A model generated the notes under the pieces. That model was not told the DNA's origin. It saw only the letters and a program-made list of their open reading frames with translations, and made no database searches. DNA of 63,718 bases, counting the filler, from Dugesia japonica (taxonomy: Eukaryota): NCBI GenBank assembly GCA_001938525.1. It is 6 parts of 6 records of this genome, joined end to end, with 100 filler letters (N's around TTAATTAATTAA, not from the genome) between each part and the next. Parts side by side here need not be neighbours in the genome. Positions count along the whole stretch, not along the records: positions 1 to 11,534 come from MQRL01595099.1; positions 11,635 to 21,056 come from MQRL01514449.1; 4 more parts are not named here. The stretch is one strand, 5' to 3'. The translations under genes and the position numbers were made by a program. This document shows, in pieces, positions 1 through 13,898 of this stretch. Every line of letters begins with the position of its first letter. Within the stretch, counting starts at the first letter, position 1.

Positions 1-7
1 ATATATA

Positions 8-422
8 CGAGGTGTCTATTAAATAACGAGACTGTTTCCACTTTGTAAATAAAACCATGAGCAGTGATCTGGAACCTCACAGCGCACTTTCTGTAAAGCA
101 GTTTTTGACAGACAATACATTTAAACATTCACTGTATTCACCTACTTACCACCATGCAACTTTTATATTTTCCCAAAAGGTAAATCGTTGCTTAACGGGA
201 CATATTTTGAGTCAGTTAATGCTGTTAAGAAGAAAACGGTGAATGTGTTGAAATAGTTGACAGAAAATGATTCTCTCACAGTCTTTAACCAATGTAAAAC
301 AAGAATACAGAATGTATTAGTGTAGATGACGAGTACATTGAAGGGGACAAGCATTGAAAGTGTAATACATATAAATAAAGATTAGTTATTTAATCAGTCT
401 CGTTATTTAATATAAATACCTG
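8..422 (+). mobile_element. Internally deleted mariner element (~415 bp, MITE-like) in a Cav1 intron
   Basis: TA at 6-7, then TIR cgaggtgtctattaaataacgagactg (8-34). Inverted copy cagtctcgttatttaata at 395-412. The interior encodes a decayed transposase C-terminus (PHSALSVKQFL...HSLYSP, resembling HPPYSPDL). Confidence 0.8.
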
Positions 423-447
423 TTAAATAGACATATGTTTAACTCAC

Positions 448-1611
448 CCAATCAAAACTATGAAAAAATCCAAAATATTCCAAGCATTTCTTAAATATGA
501 ATTGGGATGCAAAATAAATCCATAGGATATTATTTTTAATAACGATTCGAATGTGAAAATAATGACAAATACNNNNNNNNNNNNNNNNNNNNNNNNNNNN
601 NNNNNNNNNNNNNNNNNNNNNNNNNNNNNNNNNNNNNNNNNNNNNNNNNNNNNNNNNNNNNNNNNNNNGGATATGGTCTGTTCATTCCCAATACAACACA
701 ATTGGCAAAAATAGTGAAGAGGATCAATATTTCAAATGGTCTATAATATTTGAGCGTTAAATATTCATTTAATTCTACTATTTTATCAGAATTATTTGTT
801 ATAAATGAATTCCATTAATACAAATATCTATTTCTTAATATTTCCATGTAATTTGTTTTTTTAGAATAAAGTCTACAGCTGATTTTCGAGCCTCAATTGT
901 AAACTTATCATGTAACATTTAAATTTTTNCTGGCTTTCTTAATAATTTCATCATTATTTCAACCATCGTGTCAGTAAACAAATGATAAAATTGATAAATC
1001 TTTAATTTACTTTCATATTGGCAAATTTTTTTTATTAAAAAAATTCTTAAAAAATTTGTCACGATTTTAGAATTTTGACCGTGTACATATAATTTAATTC
1101 GGTGTTCAAAACAGTCAGTAAAATATAAATCTTTATAAGTAAAAAAATGAGTTTCTCAATAACCCAAATCTCTCATTGAACATTAATTTTATATACAATT
1201 ACTAATGATTAGATAATCAAAATTATACGTGAGATCAAACTAGGCAAAATCTTTGTTTTCGAATTGAAAAATATAAATAATAATATATCTTTGTGGACAT
1301 ATAAAAATGAAAAAAACTAGTAAAGTTATTAAGTAGTAAATTGAAATGGAAAAGTTATTGTTTTACAACTAGATCGTTTCAAAAATTTAAAATTAACCAA
1401 GTTCAGAAGAACTAATAATATTGGATTANNNNNNNNNNNNNNNNNNNNNNNNNNNNNNNNNNNNNNNNNNNNNNNNNNNNNNNNNNNNNNNNNNNNNNNN
1501 NNNNNNNNNNNNNNNNNNNNNNNNNNNNNNNNNNNNNNNNNNNNNNNNNNNNNNNNNNNNNNNNNNNNNNNNNNNNNNNNNNNNNNNNNNNNNNNNNNNN
1601 NNNNNNNNNNN

Positions 1612-1682
<71 letters not shown>

Positions 1683-4600
1683 GTTTTTTATTAGTATTAG
1701 TGTTGGTATCAATATTTCTTTTTATGTGCTTAGGTAAAATAATTTTAGAAATTAAGCACGTTTTGGCAGTTGATTTATTTAGTTTATTACGTAACTAATA
1801 TTGAAATAATTGTAAACAATAATTTCGTGTGTATGAAGATCTACTTAATGTTTACTTTTAGGAAGAATTAATTGCAAATTCTATTTGTAAATTCTGCTCA
1901 ATTTACTATTGTTCATTTTTCTTTCATCAAAAATATTAAAAGTCAAGATATGCGTATTAGATTACCGTTTAAAATTTGAGAATTGAAACAACAAAATCAA
2001 CAAAACTAATAAAAGAAATATAATTCTAGCGAAACAATGTTTCTATTTTCTGTAAATTCCATTCAACACATTACCCAATAAGAATTTAGTTTCAAAATAA
2101 TATATTGAAAGTGAATCTTTCTGGAAAGAAATATTTTAATTTTCAATAGAGAAATCGTTTTTAGAAAAAATCAGAATAATTTTCCAAATTCCAACGATAA
2201 AATATAACATGGAAAAAGTTTAAATATAATATAATATTTATATTATTTAGTAATGTTTCGTTATTATTTTCTTGCTTGGTCGATGTTTTTTATCTTTTTC
2301 AAATTAAGTATTGAATGGAAAGGAAGTTGAAAATTGTAAATTTTAATCTCATCCAAAATAGTATTCACTGTTAATTTTAAATTTTTTTGATAAATAAAAT
2401 TATTTAAAAATATGTTTTCTATTTGCTATGACATTTCATTCATTTTCATTTAATTTTATATACTTTTTTGTATTATTTTTTTTACATAAAAATAAAAAGA
2501 ACAAATTATAATCAATCAAGATGCTACCACCGAATTATGGTGTCTTCGATATTCTCCTGATTCCAGTTATTAATTATTTCAGCAAAATAAATACATCGGA
2601 TTGTTCTCTTCATATAGATAGAATATAGTTTTTATAACAGATTTACATAATCTATATTNNNNNNNNNNNNNNNNNNNNNNNNNNNNNNNNNNNNNNNNNN
2701 NNNNNNNNAAGGTTTATTTAAACGGCACAACACAGTTTAACAGGTCCTTGGCAACATTATACTGACACTGCGGTTGTTGCATGTAGTATAGCTCGCGATC
2801 GGTGACCTACAAGCTTGATTCTATTAACTGTTTTTTCTATTTCTTTTCTTTTTGCTTCAATGTACTTTTCATCTTTTTTTCATATGCAATAAAGTTCTTT
2901 CAGATTCTGTACGAATCTTTAACTGCAGAAAAACCACATTTGAAGAATATCCTGTACACGCCAGTGCTTTTGAAACTCAATGATTAGAGAGTTATTCTGT
3001 TTTCTTTGAACTAGGATCCTGCCATTTCAGCAATGAATATGTGAAAAGAGTATTGCCATGTTAGCCCAAGAACCTATTCTGTTTCTACTAGAATGTTGTT
3101 TTATTTCACTGGATTTTGGTATCAGTATCATATCATATTTGGTAATAGTATCATATTTTTTTTCAATTCAGAGTAACTTGAACTTGGAGATTCTGGATTG
3201 CACAAGAATTATATTGATTTCAATAAATAAATTCATAAACATAGATAATTTCCATGATTGTTTATGTAATAGGATTAAGATTTATAAAGTAAAAATTTGA
3301 GATTAACCACTTTTTTGATGTTTAATTGTTCAGATATGAGCTTTATAACCCTTAGGATATTTTAAAAATCTTGTCATTACTTACTTATACATTCGGTGAT
3401 TTAGATTTTGATTTATTTTTACATTTATTAGATTTATTTAAAACTATAAGAAACCAAGACTAATGTAATAACAAATAAATTCATAAATTGAGAGAAAAAT
3501 CACACACAAAAGTAAACCAAATTAAAGGAATTACATTTCTAAAAAATAAAAACCAATTGATGCAATTATGATATCAATTCAAATTATTACTTTTAATATC
3601 AACAAAATGCAGCTAGGAATTATTTTCTTGAAAAAGACAAATCCTATAAGAAATAAAGATATTTTATTAATTTTACTTGTTTATTTATGAAGTGATTTAA
3701 TTTAATTTCAAACGGATTAATAAAACTAAATAATTCGTTGTCAATGATATTTTAATAGTTATTGCCAGCTCTCGAAATTCAGGAATTTTCAATAATGTGT
3801 AATTTATTTAAACAGAAAGTTTCGCTAATTTCTTCTGGCTGCTTAGTGGTTAATAAAACTAACAATAAGACTGAAGAAATTTCATTTAACAAAAATACGT
3901 AAGTTAAATCAGCGATTTCCAAACTGGAAGGCACGGACTTCTGCGAAAGGAAGCGTCAGATTTTTAATAAAAAAATAATTTTCATAACACTTTTAAATAA
4001 AAAAAATATGCACATCTAAATAAATTCCATCAAATAACATTAAATGCTATTTTACAATGCAATTTTTACAATGCAATTTCCAGCATTTAATAAAACATAT
4101 TTTTTTACAAAATAAAGAAGGAGGCGACAAGATTACATTCATTTTTAATGGAACGCACANNNNNNNNNNNNNNNNNNNNNNNNNNNNNNNNNNNNNNNNN
4201 NNNNNNNNNNNNNNNNNNNNNNNNNNNNNNNNNNNNNNNNNNNNNNNNNNNNNNNNNNNNNNNNNNNNNNNNNNNNNNNNNNNNNNNNNNNNNNNNNNTT
4301 AAAATGTTTTAATTTTTTCAATTTCATTCAGATCTTTTCTTTGATTAATTAATTTGTTGATTAATAAAAAGAATGGTAATTATTAGATTTTTAATTTTCC
4401 TTTCATCTTATAATTATATTGAAGAAATATATTGATAATAGATAACTGAAACTGATAAATTTACGGATGAATTCATTCTAAATAATTATTTAACAAAGCC
4501 TATTGGATATATAGAATAGTTTCCATATGGTTAGAATAAATTAGTTTCAATGAAAATATAAATTCTATTACATTCTTTAAAATAAAAAAGAATTTTCAAT

Positions 4601-7600
4601 GATGTTCTAAAACTGCCTATTAATGTGTTTGGAAAATATAATAAATTGTAAGTTGATAGCAAAAACGTTTTTTACAGTATTTAAAGGTTACCATTAAATG
4701 TTAAAATAATAAAAACTAATTAAGAGCAGTGTTTTTCAACATATGACCCCCAAGAAAATTTTAGTGGTCCGCGCAATATATATATATANNNNNNNNNNNN
4801 NNNATATTCATACAAATAATTCAAAAACATCAGTTTTCAAACTAATTTCTGTGTTATTGATACTAAATTTATAAAAAAAATCTATTGTGAACGAATAGAA
4901 TTTGTCAAAGAAAATGAAACTTCGGTTGAATAAGTTTTACAAAACACTTTTATATTGTCAATTTATAATTTTCATAAATTAACCCTATTTACGCCAAAGG
5001 CGTGATATGAATTTAGTATTGCGGTACTGAGTGGATGTATTAATGGTTGTGGTTAAATTGGCTTGCATAAAAGTAAAAAAATAGCTTAAGTTTATAATTG
5101 AGTGGCAAATTATCATAATAGAATAAAATTGTTCAATTATTATAGGATGTGTTGATTTTTTTAAAATTTAATTTGGAGCTAATAAAATTGAATAAACAAG
5201 CAAACATAAATTTAAAAATTTTAGAAAATATATCTTATAAATTATACTAAACTGGTCATTGACAATTAAAATTTATTATTTTATTATTAAAAATATGGAC
5301 GTTTGAAAATCCGTTTAGGGGACAAGACTAAATTACCAAATAGTGATGACACTACATTTGTGGTTTCATATTATGTTCATTGTGAAGAAGATGAAGCTGA
5401 AGATGAAGCTCAAAAATTTGGAATATTCATTTCAACTAAACGTTTGTTACAAACCTGCGCAATGTCCAAAGTAATTCATACTGATGTCACGTACAAACTT
5501 ATTTGGGATGGTATGCCCGTTATATTGATTGGCACAACTGATATGAGTCTTTATTGCCATCCATTTGGTATAGCAGTATTTTCATATAAGAAGAAAAGAG
5601 ATTTTGTGTTCATTTTTCAATCAATTATTGTTAGCGCAAAAATGATTAATGTTAATATAGAAATAAAGTTTGTTTGATAAAGTGTTTGATGCTTGTAATG
5701 CAATCAGAAATGCTCACACTTATGTTTTCGGCACTGAAAAAGGTTTAATCATGTGTTGGGCAGATATGAGGTGTGATGTTACAAAGAAAATAGAATCATT
5801 TGTCGAATAAACATCTGCTGAAATTATCAGTGATATTAATCATTTCTACATTACCCCATCACCTGATATATTCGAACAAGCATTACAGCTATTTATAAAT
5901 AAATGAATATTAAAAGAAGATGTATTCTTGAAATATATTAACCTTTAATGGTTTCCATCACATAAAAATTGGTATGAAAGTGCAGGATATCGAATACCTT
6001 CCCCAAACAATGCTTTAGAGGCATTTAATTTATTAATTTAAAAAGCCACTTTTAGAGAGAGATTATCTCTTTCTCGATTTTTGAATTTAATAGGCAAGAC
6101 GACTCATAGGTGGGCAAGAGAATATAAAAATGATATTAAAATTTTTAATAAAGCGATATCTGTAGACTTAGAGCTTTGGACTAAAGGATATCATTGGGCA
6201 AAAGAAAAAATAAATATCTCACATTACGATGGTTCAGATGAATATATATTCCCATCAAATGAAAATTCAATTATATAAAAAATGATATTAAAATTTTAAA
6301 AGAAAATCACATAATAAAAGTAAACAAAATTGCATTAAAAATACTCATAGTAATCTTTTATCATAAAAATGAATATTTGGTCCACAATATCAAAAAAAAC
6401 TATTTCAAACTCAACAAATCCATTAGGTTTCAAATGAAATTCTTCATTGCACAAATCTATAACTCAGTGACTAAAAGATGGAAAAGATAATTAAAAGAGT
6501 GTAAAAGTTACTAAAATGTGGGGAAAGTTACGAATATTAGGGCAAAAGTTATTAATATTAAGTGAAAAGTTACTAAAATAAAGGGGAAATTACTAAAATT
6601 TAAAAAAAGTTTATAAAACAAATATGTTACTGATATTAGGGGAAAATTTACTAAAATCGGGAAAAGGTTACTGAAAGAGAGAGAAAGTTACTGAAATTAG
6701 GGAATTTAATATTTTAACGATGAAACAGTTAAAATATTTCCATTTGCAGCTTGAAATTATTTTCTTTTAACAGAAATTTCCCATGCAACTTTATGCATAT
6801 TTTAATAAAATTTCCCTTATTTCAGTAAATTATTTCCAATTTTCGTAAATTTTTTTTTATTTTCGTGAATTTTTTAGTGTCGAATATTTTTCTATGATTT
6901 TCCTTAATTTCTGTTTATTTTCAAATATATGATATCATAGAAAGTGCATATTGTAAATAAAGTGTGCTGTTTAATTGAAATAATAGAGTCACATAATAAA
7001 AGTAAACAAAAATCTATTAATAATAAGCGATTTTGATATCTAATATCTAAAAAAAAAATCTTTAAATCTCAACAAATCAATTAGATTTCAAATGAAATTC
7101 TTCATTGCACAAATCAATAACAAAAGTTCTTTAATCATTTATAGGGATTTTAAGTGCCAGAAAATGAATTTAACGATGAAACAGTTAAAATATTTCCATT
7201 TGCAGCTTGAAATTATTTTCTTTTAACAGAAATTTCCCAAGCACACACAAACGAGGAGACACGTTGGCACACTTTATCACGACACACGGTTCTAAAATAC
7301 ACAGACAGTTCTAAAAGACTGCTAAGAGATATTTTCACTGTGCTACAAGACATGTTAATAATATTCTTTTAAGAAAAGTTTACGTGCTACACATGTGATT
7401 TGGTCGTAACAACCGACTTCATAGATTTATAAACATTTTTCTATCATAATTAATGTAGACAAATAAAAAATAATTGCAAATATGTAAAATAAAAAATATT
7501 ACGACACAATATTGAGTCAGCAGAATTCACCCACAAAATTTATAATTTTATTCATTNNNNNNNNNAAAAAAAAATTATAGAATAAATAATCAATAATATG

Positions 7601-8045
7601 TTTACAAAATCAATATAATTTTTAAATAGTTGATAAATATTCGATTGGAAATATTAAATGAAATATTACTGTTATTTTACAAAATAATAAATTAATTAAT
7701 AATTACTATAGAATAATTTAATTAAAAATTTTAAAGTATTTCATGATTAAAATGTTTATTTTAATTTTTAAGTAAATAAAATAAAATTTACTTTGAATCT
7801 ACAATACGGGCAATAAAAACTCTTAAAACATTTTTCTTCTTGAGACAAAATAAAGATCTATCTGGTTTAAATGATGTACATAATTGTCGTCTCTTAGCAC
7901 CTTCTCGATCTTTTAACGCTGCTAAAGCTAAATCAGCGATAAACGGTCGATTTCCTGTTCCGAATGAAGATGCACCACCGCCTGATGCAGATTTCCAGGG
8001 ATTTTGAGCTGATGTAGTATATAAAGTAGATCCTGTGCTTGTCAT
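448..8045 (-). CDS. Cav1 (CACNA1C/D-like): L-type voltage-gated calcium channel alpha1 subunit (Cav1), 5' part. Exons 8045-7792, 740-~669, ~572-448; the gene continues off the left edge
   Basis: Exon 1 ends GAT TCA AA|gtaa and exon 2 starts ag|A CCA TTT GAA, giving RSLFCL...[28 protein letters not shown] (domain I S1, Cav1-type KPFE/TIFANC). Then [32 protein letters not shown]|gtgag (IS2-IS3). The N-gap at 573-668 hides one junction. First intron is ~7 kb. Confidence 0.9.
1612..1683. repeat. (TTA)n microsatellite
   Basis: Direct run of tta units next to an N-gap; it produces the spurious poly-N/Y/I ORFs. Confidence 0.95.
5295..6280 (+). mobile_element. Degenerate Mutator-like (MULE) transposase
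   Basis: Motifs [30 protein letters not shown]...[23 protein letters not shown] and WYE...PNNALEAFN match the MULE DDE core. Several stops and frameshifts. Confidence 0.8.
6500..6920. repeat. ~20-bp degenerate tandem units (aaagttactaaaat...) with inverted copies at ~6810-6920; foldback-like
   Basis: About ten units at 6503-6702, reverse-oriented units downstream, and a similar block at ~20655-20760. Confidence 0.6.
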
Positions 8046-9074
8046 TTTTAAGATTAATTAATTTTCATAATCTAAAGAATTATCAGAGTAAGTTTTCTAT
8101 AAAAATATTTTCAGAATATATGATTAATTTGACAAAAATTAAGCTCGATTTATTTATTCGATTATTAAATTAAAGGATTTTAAATATGATTTATGTGATA
8201 AAGTAAAACAATTATCCCATAATTTAATTTTTAATAAATATTTTTTTTCTAAATAAATATTTCATACCATTAAAAATAGAAAATAATGTAATAAAATATG
8301 CGATAATTTACTTAAATAGTCAAAAAATTAATAAAGAAAATGAAAATTTACTATAATTAGAAAAAACAAAAACCATCATATTTTTGTGAAAAAAATTGAT
8401 ATTTTTAAATTTGCATTTAAGTAGTGTTGCAATGCATTGCTATACGAAGCGGGATGCTAAAATGATTGAAAATTTTTGGGAAAGGAAAATTTGCCAAACT
8501 TTAGCATAAGAATCCATAGGAAAACTCATCAAAGTTTTACAGTATTTTGCTTCCCTGAGAAGATAATGATTTTAGGAGATAAAGTAACTTCGGATTAATA
8601 AAAAGGAACGGAGCACTAAAAATAAGGAATTATTTTGAATTTTTGAAATTAATTAAATTAAGAACTATATATACTTAATTTGATTTTCTTTTATATTTAA
8701 TAAAATTGCTTGGGTAAACTTTTGTAAAGAAGATACAGTACTTCTAAGTATCCCTTCAAACTACCTTATGATCTACAAAAACAATTATTGTAATTCTGAC
8801 TCTAAGATTTAGAACTAATTAAACATTTTTTAGCTATATAGTATCGAATTAAGATTNNNNNNNNNNNTGATTTTAAGGTTTTGTAATAAAAAACCAATAT
8901 CATGACATAAAATTCATCAACTTCAAAATTTTTTTGACTAAATAGATTTGAGGTCTATAACTTCAACACAAAAAAATGAAATTGTTCTAAATTTTATGAC
9001 TTATGTAGTATTAAATTTTGATTATTAAAATATATTAGTTTCACAAAGTTATGAAGCATTAAGTCGGTTATAAT

Positions 9075-9147
9075 AATATACTCTGATGAGCAGACAATAG
9101 TGGTAAAACCTCCACTAACTAATTACAATGTGAAGTCTAAGAATATA
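9075..9147 (+). ncRNA. Decayed type I hammerhead-ribozyme-like motif (possible Penelope-like element pLTR remnant)
   Basis: CTGATGA at 9083-9089, partial stem II (gcagac-aata-gtggt), AAAAC in place of GAAAC, stem III (acctccac/gtgaagt), GTC at 9135-9137, and an imperfect stem I (atatact/agaatat). Confidence 0.45.
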
Positions 9148-11534
9148 ATAGTAGATTTTAGAAACGCATCATGCCATGATTATAGAATTTATATTCATTA
9201 TATTGATAGACTCCTAAGTGGTGCAAATAATTTTTTAAAAGTTATTCGGTTAATTATTCAAAGACTTAAATAATTAAGATCTGATAAAAAAAAATTTTTG
9301 TTCAAGATTCACAATGATGATATATGTTTCGATAAAATTTTAATGTTTTTCTGTATTTTAATAATAANTTCATTTCAATAATAGAATTTAGTTCGATTTT
9401 GATTCATTGAGAAGTTAAGTGAGAAAATGACTCACTAATTATAAGTGATTGATTGATTGACTGTATTGATTAAAATATAAGTATATAAATATAAATATAA
9501 GTTTAACAAACAACTTTCCTATTTATAAAATTTGACCATCAAATGTCGAAATCCAAATTCAGGTAAAAAAAAGTACAGATTAATTTTGGTAGTTGATAGT
9601 TTAGAGATTTTATGGCAATAATTGTAACGAATATAATAAGTTCTAAATTGGATATAGTTACACTCAATGTCATGGTAATAACTAAATTTGAAAAAATTAA
9701 ATCATTATAAAAATTAACAACGAATATAGGAAATAACGGGGACCATAATGTTAATCCGACTTTTTGATTATAGAACATTGATCAAATTTCTAAATAGTTA
9801 GAAAAATTTGAGTAAATTATCAATATAAGATAGTTTTATAAAACAGATTAAAATTTTTTGTGTTTTAAGGCGAAATTTATAAAAAGTTTATATTTATAAA
9901 GTCAAATTTGTATTTAAAGTTTTTATCAGAATAATAAAACATAAAATTAAATAAATAATATATGTATTTCTAGTGTATTTTAAAATTTGGAAATAAAGCT
10001 TTAAAATTGAAAAATTTAACAACTGCTGATATTTAATAATTTTCGTTTTTAAATATGAATTTTTAAATATTTTTGAAAAAAGCAAATTTATAGTTTTTGT
10101 TTGTGAATAAAATTTGAGTTGTGTAAATTAAAATGAATGTTTCTAATATTTTACTCTACTCTTATCCATGAAACCTGACGTTAACTTTTCATTCGATAAT
10201 AAAACAGAAATTAGAAAAACAAGCTATATATTACAGTTGAACATATTTAAATTACACAGCTAGCTCTTTTAAAGTATCATTGAAGGGTAATAGTATTTGT
10301 TGCAAGACTATTTCTACTTTCGTTGCCAATCTTTCTGATAACTTAGAATACTTCTCCGCTTCGATCTGGGTATCTCGCATTCTCAGGATTTATTGTCGTT
10401 GTTGTCCAACTAGTTCCGTGGATCGTAGTAACAGCTTGACCTATTCCTTCTCCCGTTCTTGTTGCCATACGTTTATCTCGCCACTTTCTTTTGATAAACT
10501 TGCTCCTGTTTATTGACGCGAACTTGCAGGGCCTCTATCTGTTTTAGATGTTCCACGTACTGTTATTTTTGTCTCGTATTTTCTGCTCGTAGTCTTTGTA
10601 TCTCCTTCTGTTTCTATCTCATCTGATCCTGGGTAACCCACCAGGAATTCACGTCAGTATCTTCGTCTCCCAGCGAGTCCCATAGCACAGGCATATTATT
10701 ACACTTAGGTGTGCTGAAGCTCCATCCATCAATCGTCAATGGTTGTTTTGCCCCTGCTACCGTGATGTTCTGTGTCATCTAGATAAAATCGTATTTTATA
10801 CATATAACCTTTAATATATATTTATANACATAAACATATAAATTGATTCATAATAATAACCATGGTATACTTAAAGCTGATCATCAAGTTAACTTAACCT
10901 ATTAAATTACTCAATTTCGGCAGAGGAAAGATCATTTGTTATGGACAGAAGGAGTTGGATCTTGTTCATATGTCTTTGGTTTCTCATAATTGAGTATCAA
11001 TCAGTTATCATGTAATCCGTTGCAATCTTGGTTCATTAAATACTATCACTTGAAAACCCATCTTCTTCTTCATAACGAATGATCTTTCTGGATCGTCACA
11101 ATAAATCTCTAAATAAATGGATGTCAATTTTATTATATGAAATATTAAAATATGTATAGAAACATATATGAAATATAATTAAATAATAGACATTGATTTA
11201 ATATTTTCATCAAAAATACAAGAATATTATCGTTTATAAACATTTGCTTCTATAACCAACAACGGAAAAAGAATTCAAACATCCATAAAGTAATTCAATC
11301 ACCACCTCTCCTACAACTACACAATTTCTATTCTCAATTGAGTCATAGTAGATAGATAGTGGCGCACGTAGCCAGCACACATTCAGCAAACCCCCCCCCC
11401 AACGTAATCGGATTATTACATAAGTATGGCTATCATTTTCTAATGTTAATAGGCGGCGGGACACATTTGTGTGCATTACATAATGTAATTAATTTCGTCG
11501 CGACAATATTACGTAAGAGTGGCTACATTTTTCC

Positions 11535-11634
11535 NNNNNNNNNNNNNNNNNNNNNNNNNNNNNNNNNNNNNNNNNNNNTTAATTAATTAANNNNNNNNNN
11601 NNNNNNNNNNNNNNNNNNNNNNNNNNNNNNNNNN
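11535..11634. other. Artificial assembly linker (44N-TTAATTAATTAA-44N)
   Basis: Exactly 100 bp with a six-frame-stop core; identical in five places. Confidence 0.95.
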
Positions 11635-11692
<58 letters not shown>

Positions 11693-11703
11693 TATTATTA
11701 TTG
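11635..11703. repeat. (TTA)n microsatellite
   Basis: Direct run at a contig start. Confidence 0.95.
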
Positions 11704-13374
11704 TTAATTGAGTTTGGAAAACTCGTCGTATCCTCAATATCAAAATTCGAATTCATTACAACCCTTTAATAAAATCAAAACTATAACCAACATTATCTGC
11801 TAATCAAACAAATTAAAATCATGTGTTTTAATTGGTGATATTTTTTCTTAAATTTAAAAATTGAAACTTGTATTTATTAAAATTAATTTTAACATTTTAT
11901 TTATTTCATTAATTTTCATTTAANNNNNNNNNNNNNNNNNNNNNNNNNNNNNNNNNNNNNNNNNNNNNNNNNNNNNNNNNNNNNNNNNNNNNNNNNNNNN
12001 NNNNNNNNNNNNNNNNNNNNNNNNNNNNNNNNNNNNNNNNNNNNNNNNNNNNNNNNNNNNNNNNNNNNNNNNNNNATCTCTCTTTTAACAAAAGATTTTA
12101 AAAATAAGATCACCAATCACACAAAAATTTCAACTTGCTTTTCAAAACTTCTCGCAATTATTATTACTATTATTATTTTATGTTTTTTATATGCCTTTTA
12201 AAATAAACTTATTTTATCATTTACTTATAATTTAAGATCATAACAGTGATCTTAACAGTAGTAAGTCGGAAGTTGCACACTGAATCACCCGCAACTAATT
12301 TATGGCTGAATTAATATTAATATTAATTAATATTTAATATTAACATTAATATTATATTATTTATTATATAAAGATGGACTGATTTCATTAACACCTACTA
12401 TTTCCATTAAATAATTTTAAAAAATACTTAAATTTCACTCAGCCATACATGTAAATTTCTTAAGTAAACAATAATTTCTTACAATTTTAACAAAATTTCA
12501 TAAAATCACTTTTTTCATTATCACACAACAAATGTATTGTACTGATTACATAACAATTAACATTTGATTATATACACAATTATTCACAAAACATTTAATA
12601 AGTATATTAAAACATACAACATTGATTTAATTATTCATTTTATAAGATTTCATTAAACATAATCTTTCAAATAATTTTAATTATAAAATATAATTAAAAT
12701 ATAAACTTTACTGAAAATAGTTTTAAAATTTGTTCTCAAAACATTAAAGAAATTTCCAACTTAAATTTTTTTGAATTTTCTATTTTTAATTGTTAAGTAG
12801 AAATGAAGTATTTTTCTTTTTGAATATTTTAACGACTAAAAAAATTCAAATTACTATAATATTTACAAAAAACTTAAAAAATACATTTATAGAAAAATAT
12901 TTTAAATATTCTCTTGAAATATTCAAAATATTCGTCCACCCATTTTTTAGGTTTAGGAAAATTTAATTTATTTAAAAAAAATAAATTAATATTTAAATTT
13001 AAACAAATTCCTTAAAATTTAGCACTATCAAAACTTGTGTGACTAAAAAATCCCGACATATATTTTTGAAATATAGTAGTGTGATTTGAAATAGAAAATA
13101 AAAATTCATTAAAATAGAAAATATGAATTATTTAAGCTCAATTCTTCCTGCTCTGATGTTAGGTTAAATCGATATTTTTTCTTGGTAAATAATCCGTTAT
13201 GCATAAACTTATTTATTATCCGGTTACTTTGAAAGAAAAAATGTTCATTGAATTGAATTAAAGCCAAATAATGTTGTTGAATAAGTCTAATGTAGCGGAA
13301 TTTAGTTAACGTTATTTGTAGTCCATAGAAAAAGGAAGTAAAAATATTTATTTATTAAATTCTATAAAATAANC

Positions 13375-13898
13375 ATGAANTTACATTCTAAAACAGTTTA
13401 TTCGATTTAATAAGGTGAAACTATTACCTCAGGCAAATATTGTTCTGAAATTGAAATAATGTATAAAAAATTATGCATTAAACAATCATCATTGGTCAAC
13501 AGGAAAGGAATCATCTTGTTCCATGACAATGCCCGCCCATATGTTGCAAAGAAGACGTTGCAAAAGCTGATCGACTTAAATATTGAAACTTTGTTACATC
13601 CTCCATATTCGCCAGACTTATCACCTATCGATTATCCTTTTTTAAGCATTTAAATCATTTCTTGAATAAAAATAGTTTTAGTGTTCCGGAGGATGTCGAA
13701 ATTGCCATGTCTGAGATTTCATCTATTACAGAAATTCCGATTTTTATGCTTATAGCATTTTGAATATATTCTCTAGTTGACAAAAATGTGTAGATTCTAA
13801 TGGTGACTATTTCATTAGATAGCAAATGATTTTATTAAACTTTTATCGATTTTATTGTCTATTACGTAATCGGGCATTTCATATGTTACAACCTAATA
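13375..13898 (+). mobile_element. Mariner transposase 3' remnant with right TIR
   Basis: LVNRKGIILFHDNARPYVAK...LHPPYSPDLSPIDY, followed by the TIR-like end cgggcatttcatatgttacaacctaa-TA (13871-13898). Confidence 0.85.

Noticed and set aside
1329-1798. Poly-N, poly-Y and poly-I ORFs
   Set aside because: Translations of the (TTA)n microsatellite and an N-gap.
1900-3400. Possible non-LTR retrotransposon remnant on the minus strand
   Set aside because: Coding-like bias is present but no diagnostic RT or endonuclease motif was readable.
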